This document shows positions 11,799-24,222 of a stretch of 64,000 nt of DNA, in pieces. Within the stretch, counting starts at the first letter, position 1. Every line of letters starts with the position of its first letter. Under the pieces are notes generated by a model. It saw only the letters and a program-made list of their open reading frames with translations, did no database searches and was not told the origin of the DNA. The position numbers and the translations under genes were made by a program. The DNA comes from Eledone cirrhosa (lineage: Eukaryota): contig CAXHJY010000795.1 in NCBI GenBank assembly GCA_964016885.1, positions 1-64,000 on the forward strand, written 5' to 3'.

Positions 11799-11848
<50 letters not shown>

Positions 11849-11909
11849 CAAACAACGAACAGCGGAGGACACATTTTGCACCTTTCCGACAGACAACCTC
11901 CCCATATAT

Positions 11910-11910
<1 letters not shown>

Positions 11911-11941
<31 letters not shown>

Positions 11942-12228
11942 TTTACGTCCGCTTTTCCCTGCTTGCAAGGGTGGGACGGGAACTGATTCTGGCTTGATTT
12001 CTACAGCTGGATGCTCTTCCTAACACCAACCTCATTTACAGTGAGTGCTGGGTGTTTTTGTGCCGTGACACCTCCACAACCACTTTGTAGTGGAATGATA
12101 GGGACTCCAGTCCCTATTATCTCATTTCTACAGCTGAGTAAACTGGAGCAATGTGAAATAAAGTGTCTTGCTCAAGGAAAAAACACATCACCTGGTCTGA
12201 GAATTGAACTCACAACCTTTCGATTGCA
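11911..12228 (-). mobile_element. 5'-truncated tRNA-CORE SINE with RTE-A 3' end
   Basis: Matches the full-length copy at 26283-26626; truncated inside the tRNA head. Confidence 0.88.
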
Positions 12229-12250
12229 TGTATACATATATACATACATG

Positions 12251-14099
<1,849 letters not shown>

Positions 14100-14100
<1 letters not shown>

Positions 14101-17100
14101 CTCACAATTTCCCTCCCCCCCACCCCCACACACCACCATAGTCTATTCGACCAATCAAACCTAGCATGCCATTTCCACTGCTGCTGCTGCTACTACCTGC
14201 CTAACTAACTCTCTCCTCCTCTGGCGCATCCCAACACACCCTGCCATTACCCCACCACCACTGTCCTTCTAGCCCTCAATTTTCCCACCGTTATGGATGG
14301 ATGAGCTGGGAATACACGAGCAACTCTGAATCAATAGATGAAATATGAATCTGCGAGCTACCAAGCACCCACGTGAAGCGCCAACCCAGAGACCCTCCCC
14401 TACGAGTGTCGACAAATGCCCAAAACTCCGAGTTGGTACCATCAATGTAGGCTCAATGAAAGGAAGAGCAGGAGAAATCGTAGAAATGCTAGAGCGAAAG
14501 GAAGTTGATGTATGCTGTGTGCAAGAGACTAGATGGAGAGGAGGGTCTGCTAGAGTCCTTGTAGGAAAAAGCCAGTGCTACAAATTTTTCTGGGTGGGAA
14601 ATGACGATGGGATGGGTGGTGTAGGTATACTATTAGCTGACAAGTGGGTAGATAAAGTAATCTCAGTGTACAGGGTAAATGCAAGAATCATTAAACTCAG
14701 ACTAGTCCTGAATAAGACAATTACCACAATAATATCAGCTTACGCACCCCAATCGGGGCTGCCAGACGAACTTAAGGATAGGTTTTACGAGTCCCTAATA
14801 CACACTACTGCTCTAACAGACGACAAGGACTTCCTAATCATTGCAGGAGATTTTAACGGACACGTAGGTAAACACTGCGACGGCTTCAATAGAGTACATG
14901 GAGGCCATGGAGTTGGCACAAGGAATGAGGAAGGATTCAGACTTCTAGAATTCTGCGACGCCAATGACATGTCGATATGTAACACAAACTTTAAAAAACC
15001 CGACAACCACCTGATCACCTATAGATCAGGGGAGCACTCTAGTCAGTTAGATTTTATCCTCATCAGAGGACGTGACAGATGGACGGTCGTAAACACAAAA
15101 GCCTTCCCTAGTGAGGAATGTACATCCCAACATAGCTTAGTTGTCAGCGACCTCACGGTCAGAACTAGACGAGCCCTGAAACAGAGGCCAACCTGGAGAA
15201 GAAAGATCTGGAAGCTGAAAGTCCCCTCAACCAGTAACAGATTTAAAGATATTTTACTCAACGCCTACGACAGTAAAGAAGAACAGATAGAGACATTTAA
15301 CGTAGAAGAGAACTGGGAGTTCCTAAAAAATAACTTACTAGAGGCGACGGATGAGGTTTGTGGCTGGAGTAAGACCTCAAGCAGGAGGAGAGTGACTTGG
15401 TGGTGGAACAATAAGGTAGATGAAGCAGTCAAGGCCAAGAGACAGGCATGGAAAGAATGGAAGAACGGGGGGAGCAGGGTACATTACATAGAGACCAAGA
15501 GGGAAGCTAGGCGACAAGTATACTTAGCTAGGAGGGAAGCAGAGGATAGAAAATTCAAGCATGTTTTACAACGTGAGGACCAGAAACAGGAGGTATTCAA
15601 GATTGCGAGGCAGTGTGTCAGAGATAGTTGTGATGTCATTGGAGAGAAGTGTATCCGGAATGATAAAGGTGAGCTTGCCCTCACAAGTGCTGAGAAGAAA
15701 GATGCATGGAAGAGTCATTATGATAGATTACTAAATGAGGAGAATGCATGGGAAGAAGAGACCCTACCCCACGTAGACCCTATAGAGGGACCAGCAGTAC
15801 AAGTCAGCGGCAGCGTAGTAAGTAAGGCAATCAGAGATATGAAGATAGGGAAGGCAACCGGTCCATCGGGTATAGCTGCCGAGATGCTGAAGGCATCTGG
15901 GTCTGTAGGTCACACTATAACCACACGTATCGTTAACCAGGTAATACTAGAGGGGGCCATACCAAAAGATTGGTGCAGTAGCATCATTGTCAACTGCTAC
16001 AAAGGTAAAGGCGATGCACTAGATAGAGGAAACTATAGAGGTATAAAGTTGATGGACCAGGTCATGAAAGTAACAGAAAGAGTTATAGCACAGCTGATTA
16101 GGGACCGGGTGAATATAGACGAGATGCAATTTGGGTTTGTACCAGGGAAAGGCACCACTGATGCGCTCTTCCTTGTGAGGCAATTACAGGAAAAGTACCT
16201 AGCTAAAAGTAAGCCACTCTACTTGGCATTTGTCGACCTTGAGAAAGCCTTTGACAGAGTTCCACGTGCAGTAATCTGGTGGGCTCTTAGAAAACTAGGA
16301 GTAGATGAATGGCTTGTGAAAGCGGTACAAGCCATGTATAGGGGAGCAGTCAGCAAAGTTAGGATTGGCAATGAGTATAGCGAGGAATTTAGCGTACAGG
16401 TTGGGGTCCACCAGGGCTCTGTTCTTAGCCCTCTCCTGTTCATCATAGTCCTGCAGGCAATAACGGAGGAGTTTAAGACCGGATGCCCATGGGAACTCCT
16501 GTATGCTGATGACCTCGCACTCATAGCTGAATCTATGGTAGAACTAGAGAATAAATTCCAAACCTGGAAGCAGGGACTAGAGAGAAAGGGCCTCAAAGTC
16601 AACATGACAAAGACTAAGGTCCTTATAAGTAGACGAGAAAACAGAACCCAGATCCCCTCAGGGAAATGGCCTTGCTCAGTATGTAGGAAAGGTGTAGGTA
16701 GGAACTCCATTCTTTGCCCCAAATGCAAACAATGGGTACACAAGAGATGTAGCGGGATCTCAGGAAGCTTAATTAAGAATGTAGGATTCACATGCAGCAG
16801 CTGTGCTGAAACAGCAAGCAAACAGCCACAGGAAACAAGTACCACCAATCTCTGGGAGGGCCCTGTAGAAACAGTAGACAGCTTCTGCTACCTAGGTGAC
16901 CGAATTAGCAACGGAGGTGGGTGCTCAGAAAGTACAATAACTAGGGTAAGAACGGGATGGAAGAAGTTTAGGGAACTACTACCACTGCTAGCTGCAAAAG
17001 GCTTCTCCCTCAGAATGAAAGGCAGACTGTATGATGCGTGTATCCGAACAGCGATGTTGCATGGTAGTGAGACCTGGGCGCTGAAGGTGGAAGACTTACG

Positions 17101-17770
17101 TAGATTAGAGAGAAACGAAGCCTGCATGCTCCGATGGATGTGTAACAGTAATATACGTGAACGACAAAGCATAAATGAATTGAGAGAGAGACTGAGCATA
17201 AGAGGAATCAAATGCTGCGTGCAGGAGAGGCGGTTACGCTGGTATGGACATGTGATGCGTATGAAGGATGACAGCTGCATAAAAAGGTGCAGAGCACTAG
17301 AAGTTGATGGAAACCGCGGAGTGGGGAGACCCAAGATGACTTGGGATGAGGTGATAAAAGCCGACCTTACCCAACTACACCTCTCAAAGTCAATGACACA
17401 CGACCGTGACTTCTGGCGTCACGCAGTAATTTCAGGGTACCCGACCTCCCATGGGTACATGCTGAAGCATATAAACAATATGCCCCCCCCCCCACCGCAA
17501 GGTGGTCGTGGAGGTGCCACGGCAAAAAAGCACCCAGCCCACACTGTAAAGTGGACGTGTAGGCGCCACGAAAAAGCACCCAGCACTCACTGTAAATGAG
17601 GTTGGTGTTAGGAAGGGCATCCAGCTGTAGAAATCAAGCCAGATCAGTTCCTGTATGAGCAAGGCATGGTCAGCCGACCAGACACTGCCCACAACAGGAC
17701 AACCCGTCTAACCCATGCTAGCGTGGAAGAACGGACGTAAAACGGTGATGATGATGATGATGATGATGAT
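14100..17770 (+). mobile_element. Full-length RTE LINE, family B (copy B1)
   Basis: 5' UTR, intact ORF, 3' UTR with terminal hairpin, and (GAT)n tail ending at 17770. Confidence 0.92.
14345..17599 (+). CDS. RTE LINE protein (family B), 1084 aa: APE + RT + PHD-like finger; catalytic motifs intact
   Basis: Motifs: TINVGSM, CCVQE, SAYAPQ, GDFNGHVG, QLDF, SQH, DLEKAFD, HQGSVLSP, YADD, YLG, HGSETW, RWYGHV. The last ~55 aa are probably read-through into the 3' UTR. Confidence 0.93.
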   Translation: MNLRATKHPREAPTQRPSPTSVDKCPKLRVGTINVGSMKGRAGEIVEMLERKEVDVCCVQETRWRGGSARVLVGKSQCYKFFWVGNDDGMGGVGILLADKWVDKVISVYRVNARIIKLRLVLNKTITTIISAYAPQSGLPDELKDRFYESLIHTTALTDDKDFLIIAGDFNGHVGKHCDGFNRVHGGHGVGTRNEEGFRLLEFCDANDMSICNTNFKKPDNHLITYRSGEHSSQLDFILIRGRDRWTVVNTKAFPSEECTSQHSLVVSDLTVRTRRALKQRPTWRRKIWKLKVPSTSNRFKDILLNAYDSKEEQIETFNVEENWEFLKNNLLEATDEVCGWSKTSSRRRVTWWWNNKVDEAVKAKRQAWKEWKNGGSRVHYIETKREARRQVYLARREAEDRKFKHVLQREDQKQEVFKIARQCVRDSCDVIGEKCIRNDKGELALTSAEKKDAWKSHYDRLLNEENAWEEETLPHVDPIEGPAVQVSGSVVSKAIRDMKIGKATGPSGIAAEMLKASGSVGHTITTRIVNQVILEGAIPKDWCSSIIVNCYKGKGDALDRGNYRGIKLMDQVMKVTERVIAQLIRDRVNIDEMQFGFVPGKGTTDALFLVRQLQEKYLAKSKPLYLAFVDLEKAFDRVPRAVIWWALRKLGVDEWLVKAVQAMYRGAVSKVRIGNEYSEEFSVQVGVHQGSVLSPLLFIIVLQAITEEFKTGCPWELLYADDLALIAESMVELENKFQTWKQGLERKGLKVNMTKTKVLISRRENRTQIPSGKWPCSVCRKGVGRNSILCPKCKQWVHKRCSGISGSLIKNVGFTCSSCAETASKQPQETSTTNLWEGPVETVDSFCYLGDRISNGGGCSESTITRVRTGWKKFRELLPLLAAKGFSLRMKGRLYDACIRTAMLHGSETWALKVEDLRRLERNEACMLRWMCNSNIRERQSINELRERLSIRGIKCCVQERRLRWYGHVMRMKDDSCIKRCRALEVDGNRGVGRPKMTWDEVIKADLTQLHLSKSMTHDRDFWRHAVISGYPTSHGYMLKHINNMPPPPPQGGRGGATAKKHPAHTVKWTCRRHEKAPSTHCK

Positions 17771-17803
17771 ATATACATACATGCTATATATATAAATATA
17801 TAT

Positions 17804-20800
17804 ATCATCATCATCATCATCACCGTTTTACGTCCGTTCTTCCACGCTAGCATGGGTTAGACGGGTTGTCCTGTTGTGGGCAGTGTCTGGTCGGCTGACC
17901 ATGCCTTGCTCATACAGGAACTGATTTGGCTTGATTTCTACAGCTGGATGCCCTTCCTAACACCAACCTCATTTACAGTGAGTGCTGGGTGCTTTTTCGT
18001 GGCGCCTACATGTCCACTTTACAGTGTGGGCTGGGTGCTTTTTTCCGTGGCACCTCCACGACCACCTTGCGGTGTGGGGTCATATTGTCTATATGCTTCA
18101 GCTTGTACCCATGGGAGGTCCGGTACTCTGTATTACTGCGTGACGCCAGAGGTCACGGTCGTGTGTCATTGCCTTTGAGAGGTGTAATTGGGTAAGGTTG
18201 GCTTTTATCACCTCATCCCAGGTCATCTTGGGTCTCTCCACTCCGCGGTTTCATCAACTTCTAGTGCTCTGCACCTTTTTATGCAGCTGTCATCCTTCAT
18301 ACGCATCACATGTCCATACCAGCGCAACCGCCTCTCCTGCACACAGCATTTGATTCCTCTTATGCTCAGTCTCTCTCTCAATTCATTTATGCTTTGTCGT
18401 TCACGTATATTACTGTTACACATCCATCGGAGCATGCAGGCTTCGTTTCTCTCTAATCTACGTAAGTCTTCCACCTTCAGCGCCCAGGTCTCACTACCAT
18501 GCAACATCGCTGTTCGGATACACGCATCATACAGTCTGCCTTTCATTCTGAGGGAGAAGCCTTTTGCAGCTAGCAGTGGTAGTAGTTCCCTAAACTTCTT
18601 CCATCCCGTTCTTACCCTAGTTATTGTACTTTCTGAACAGCCACCTCCGCTGCTAATTCGGTCACCTAGGTAGCAGAAGCTGTCTACTGTTTCTACAGAG
18701 CCCTCCCTGAGATTGGTGGTACTTGTTTCCTGTGGCTGTTTGCTTCTTGCTGTCCCAGCACAGCTGCTGCATGTGAAGCCTACGTTCTTAATTAAGCCTC
18801 CTGAGATCCCGCTACATCTCTTGTGTACCCACTGTTTGCATTTGGGGCAGAGAATGGAGTTCCTACCTACACCTTTCCTACATACTGAGCAAGGCCATTT
18901 CCCTGAGGTGATCTGGGTTCTGTTTTCTCGTCTACTTACAAGGACCTTAGTCTTTGTCATGTTGACTTTGAGACCCTTTCTTTCTAGTCCCTGCTTCCAA
19001 GTTTGGAATTTCTTCACTAGTTCTACCATAGATTCAGCTATAAGTGCGAGGTCATCAGCATACAGGAGTTCCCATGGGCATCCGGTCTTAAACTCCTCCA
19101 TTATTGCCTGCAGGACTATGATGAACAGGAGAGGGCTAAGAACAGAACTATGATGAACAGGAGAGGGCTAAGAACCCCAACCTGTACGCTAAATTCCTCG
19201 CTATACTCATTGCTAATCCTAACTTTGCTGACTGCTCCCCTATACATGGCTTGTACCGCTTTCACAAGCCATTCATCTACTCCTAGTTTTCTAAGTGCCT
19301 ACCAGATTACAACACGTGGAACTCTGTCAAAGGCTTTCTCGAGATCGACGAATGCCAGGTAGAGTGGCTTACTTTTAGTTAGGTACTTTTCCTGTAACTG
19401 CCTCACAAGGAAGAGGGCATCGGCGGTGCCTCTTCCTGGTACAAACCCAAATTGCTTCTCATCTAGTTTCACCCGGTCCCTAATCAACTGTGCTATAACT
19501 CTTTCTGTTACTTTCATGATCTGGTCCATCAGCTTTATACCTCTATAGTTTCCTCTATCGAGTGCATCACCTTTCCCTTTGTAGCAGTTGACAATGATGC
19601 TACTGCACCAATCTTTTGGTATGACACCTTCTAGTATTACCTGGTTAACAATGCGTGTGGTTATAGTGTGACCTACAGACCCAGATGCCTTCAGCATCTC
19701 GGCAGCTATACCCGATGGACCGGTTGCCTTCCCCATCTTCATATCTTTGATTGCCTTACTTACTACGCTGCTGCTGACTTGTACTGCTGGCCCCTCTATA
19801 GGGTCTACTTGGGGTAGGGTCTCTTCTTCCCATGCATTTTCCTCATTTAGTAATCTATCATAATGACTCTTCCATGCATCTTTCTTCTCAGCATTTGTGA
19901 GGGGAAGCTGACCTTTATCATTCCGGATACACTTCTCTCCAATGACATCACAATTCTCTCTGACACACTGCCTCGCAATCTTGAACACCTCCTGTTTCTG
20001 GTTCTCACGTTGCAAAACATGCTTGAATTTTCTATCCTCTGCTTCCCTCCTAGCTAAGTATACTTGTCGCCTAGCTTCCCTCTTGGTCTCTATGTAATGT
20101 ACCCTGCTCCCCCCGTTCTTCCATTCTTTCCATGCCTGTCTCTTGGCCTTAACTGCCTCATCTACCTTATTGTTTCACCACCAAGTCACTTTCCTCCTGC
20201 TTGAGGTCTTACTCCAGCCACAGACCTCATCCGTTGCCTCTAGTAAGTTATTTTTTAGGAACTCCCAGTGCACTTCTACATTGAATGTCTCTATCTGTTC
20301 TTCTTTACTGTCGTAGGCGTTGAGTAAAATATCTTTAAATCTGTTACTGGCTGAGGGGTCTTTCAGCTTCCAGATCTTTCTTCTCCAGGTTGGCCTCTGT
20401 TTCCAGGTTCGTCTAGTTCTGACCGTGAGGTCGCTGACAACTAAGCTATGTTGGGAGGTACATTCCACACTAGGGAAGGCTTTTGTGTTTACGACCGTCC
20501 ATCTGTCACGTCCTCTGATAAGGATAAAATCTATCTGACTAGAATGCTCCCCTGATCTATACGTGATCAGGTGGTTGTCGGGTTTTTTGAAGTTTGTGTT
20601 ACATATCGACATGTCATTGGCGTCACAGAATTCTAGAAGTCTGAATCCTTCTTCATTTCTTGTGCCAACCCCATGGCATCCATGGACTCTATTGAAGCCG
20701 TCACAGTGTTTACCTACGTGTCCGTTAAAATCTCCTGCGATGATTAGGAAGTCATTGTCGTTTGTTAGAGCAGTAGTGTGCATTAGGGACTCGTAAAATC

Positions 20801-21131
20801 CATCCTTAAGTTCGTCTGGCAACCCCGATTGGGGTGTGTAAGCTGATATTATTGTGGTAATTGTTTTATTCAGGACTAGTCTGAATTTAATGATTCTTGC
20901 ATTTACCCTGTACACTGAGATTACTTTATCTACCCACTTGTCAGCTAGTAGTATACCTACAGCACCCATCCCATCGTCATTTCCCACCCAGAAAAATTTG
21001 TAGCACTGACTTTTTCCAACAAGGACTCTAGCAGACTCTCCATCTAGTCTCTTGCACACAGCATACATCAATTTCCTTTCGCTGTAGCATTTCTACGATT
21101 TCTCCTGCTCTTCCTTTCATTGTGCTTACAT
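17804..21131 (-). pseudogene. Decayed RTE family B copy (B2), tail-to-tail with B1
   Basis: ORF pieces 20175-21071, 19299-20015 and 18223-19101 match B1 closely. Contains stops and frameshifts, plus a ~29 bp duplication at ~19116-19175 that destroys the QGSV motif. Confidence 0.92.
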
Positions 21132-21249
21132 ATATATAGTAATAATAGTAATAATAATAAATTTGAAGACTAAATTCCAAAGAGGGCTCGATAAGGATAA
21201 ATATATATCAAATATATAAGAACCGTAGAGCAAATATTTATTAAAATAA

Positions 21250-21323
21250 CAGATTAAAGTTTAAGCAAAGAATCGCTGCTTTCACCCTTAACGGGATCTT
21301 CTGAAACTAACAAAGTCAATCTG
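21250..21323 (-). ncRNA. Candidate hammerhead ribozyme (variant core), copy 2
   Basis: 74 nt identical to 396-469, although the flanks differ. Confidence 0.6.
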
Positions 21324-22017
21324 TGAACGCAGAAGTGAATATTTCAAAAAACGTTGCAACTGGAGGAAGACAGGAAGACGATACTTTGGTTCGTGGAAAC
21401 GTTCCCTGGCAAAGAACGGGAGAAAACGAAGATAATACGTCATTATTTGGAGCGGTAAAAAACAATTACACGCAAAGACAAGACCACGTTTATGGTATAA
21501 CTGAAGTCGTAGACTAAAATTCTAACTAGGAAACCGAATGATTCTCGGCTTCAGAGTTAAGAATAAAGTAAATAAAAAACAGAGGTAATTGAAATTAAAT
21601 AAATACACGCATCCATATACGTACATACACAAGCATACGCGGAAACACTCGCCATAGGTATACAAATACACATACATATATATATGTGTGTGTGTGCGTG
21701 TATACAAATAATTAAATAAACGTATATAAATAAATAAATACGTATATAACAAGCACACACACATACCTACATGTAAATACACATATGTTCAGAGACGTAC
21801 GTCTACCAAAACACGAAGTACATATATACACACACCCTACATACGTACGAATTCGCATACTCACACAGACGCAAAACTCACGTATACACATAACCAAAAG
21901 CATATGTACCAGAATATATAAAATATACGCCATAACATATACAATCAAATATACGTACGAGAAAGTATACGTACCTTAACAAAAGATACAGGTAATATAT
22001 ACTTACCTATACAAATA

Positions 22018-22209
22018 CCACCACCACCACCACTCGTCGACTACTGTCGAGATGATGGATCTCACTCTCATGCCCCAGAATCCCCTGTCCCCCATCGCTG
22101 CCCCCAGGTCCTGTCTGCTGATTCCCGTATCCCTAGAGATAACGTCAGGGAATGACAGCTTCCTACTCCTAGTCAGGCTGGAGTCAGGGTTCCAGAGCAA
22201 GAGAGCGGA
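22018..22209 (-). mobile_element. 3' fragment of an RTE-X-like LINE with (TGG)n tail and 10 bp TSD
   Basis: Encodes LLLWNP...RKLSFPDVISRDTGI...AMGDRGFW. TATACAAATA at 22008-22017 and 22210-22219. Confidence 0.75.
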
Positions 22210-22249
22210 TATACAAATAAGTAATGGCATAAACATAATATATACGTAG

Positions 22250-22891
22250 CTACCACATCAAGACGTAAAATATCCGCGTATAGATCGTACTATCCGTTAG
22301 GGTATACAGGAAAGTTTTGTGCAATTTATGTTTACAAGCCAAAATTGCCTCAGATTTTTTGTTTAAGATGAGATCTTTGGCGTAGAGCATTTGCAGGGCT
22401 TCAGTGGCGCAGAGGTCACATGGTCTTTTATTTCCATTATACAATCTAGCCCTAGCTAGGATCTCCCAGTGTAACTTATATTGGGTGTGGTTGTCTTTTA
22501 GACTCCAGATATAAGTTGAAAGTGACGTCATATTCCTTCTTAAAGGGTAACGAAAAGAATGGGTATGCATCTAAAGATGCTGCTTGAATCTATTGGCGGT
22601 TAACCCTATGTAGGCCCTACGGGACGTGGGTGTTTCAACCTTACATTTGTAGACAATGTTACTAGAGAGGCATTTCCCGGATAGGGGACAGTCAACCCGA
22701 TTCCTACAATTACAGTTAGTACTAACTACAGGGTTGCACGTGTTCCTACGGCTAGGTAGTTTAGCTAAATTTGAAGCTGTGATGTTATGTGCAAGGTTAG
22801 GAGTTGTAGAGTAAGAAATTTTAATAGTATTTCTATTAAAAATGTTACTATATTTATGTGTAGGGGGGAAATGCTTCATAATAAGGGATAT
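22250..22891 (-). pseudogene. Penelope-like RT-linker + GIY-YIG endonuclease remnant
   Basis: KHFP...IFNRNTIKISYS...CNCR...CPLSGKCL..NIVY...YIGLT..FK..*.H..SF...TSLSTYIWSLK...W.I...CDLC..E...LNKKSE...CKH, with one in-frame TAG at 22571-22573. Confidence 0.85.
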
Positions 22892-23040
22892 ATATATATG
22901 TAGAAGTTATATTTAAATTGTTGGGATACAACAAGCAAATATTTTTATAACTGATATAAAGCACTCAACAAATTATTGGAGTAAAAATACGATATATTAA
23001 CAAATGGAAACTATATTTATAAAACCATATTTATTTCATT

Positions 23041-23083
<43 letters not shown>

Positions 23084-23478
23084 TATGTATACATACACAT
23101 ACAAAATAAAGAAAGCATGTGTTGTATATATATATATATATATATACATACAGATATTCATTTTATTAGAGAAATGACTTTAGCAGGACTAGAGCTGTTT
23201 CATTCGTAAGAAATTATCAGGAAAGTCCTCCTATTTTACATCAGCATTCTACATATAATGTATGTGTGTGTATGTATTTATATATATATATATATAAAAA
23301 GGCAAACAGAGATAAAAAAATAATTAATGTTATTAGGTTCACACTTAGATAAAAGAGAGAAAAAAGAGTTCAATGAATCAGGCTTTACCCCTTCATCAGG
23401 AGATTCAGTTAAAAGATAGAAAAAAAGAGATTTTTAGAAAAAAGAATATTGTTAAAATGGCATGTAACTGAGGATATA

Positions 23479-23581
<103 letters not shown>

Positions 23582-23944
23582 CCACACACACACACACACA
23601 TTCTAGCAGAAGAACCACCCTCAAGGCATTTTTCTGCTAGTGAAGCTATGTGTATGTGTTTTGTAACTGTGGTGACTACATTTTCAAATAAGTAGGTTAC
23701 AAATTTGATTGCTCTATCACTCTGCACCACTGTGTGCAATCTGGGGAGAAGATCATAATTGGACCTTGAAACCTTAGGTAGCACTTTTTGTTCCATGTAT
23801 GGACATGAATAAATAAATAATATAATGTAATATATATATATATTGTGATGAGTGGAGTCATGTGCTGAAAAAGACTTAGCCAACAAATACAAGCATGGAA
23901 AAGCAGGCATAACGTGATTATATATATATATATATGTATATATA

Positions 23945-24197
23945 TACACACCCAGTCCACACTAGAAAATGGTCGTGTAAGTGCCGCAATAAAAAGGCAC
24001 CCATTACTCAATGTAAATGAGGTTGGTGTTAGGAAAGCTTTAGAAATCAAGCTTTATAATATTCAGCTTTAGAAATCAAGCCTAATTCAGTTCTGTATGA
24101 GCAAGACAAGGTCACCTGACATGGCATTGCCCACAACAGGACAACCCGTCTAACCCAAGCTAGCATGGAAGAATGGACATAAAGCGGTGATGATGAT
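23945..24197 (+). mobile_element. Non-autonomous RTE-derived module (5'-UTR box + 3' hairpin + GAT tail)
   Basis: Diverged match to 17530-17770. Confidence 0.75.
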
Positions 24198-24222
24198 ATA
24201 TGTGTGTGTAAATATATATATA

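Larger units (their letters stand above)
21137..22891 (-). mobile_element. 5'-truncated Penelope-like element (Naiad/Chlamys-like) with 3' repeat, hammerhead-like motif and tail
   Basis: GIY-YIG ORF remnant, then the repeat shared with 385-1030, the fold at 21250-21323, AATAAA, and a ~100 bp tail also seen at 42967-43065. Confidence 0.8.

Noticed and set aside
17770-17804. Assembly fold-back artefact at the centre of the inverted RTE pair
   Set aside because: The arms differ by many substitutions and indels, and the spacer is asymmetric.
22571-22573. In-frame stop in the Naiad-like ORF as a possible selenocysteine codon
   Set aside because: It is TAG, not TGA, and is not at a Cys position; it is an ordinary nonsense mutation.
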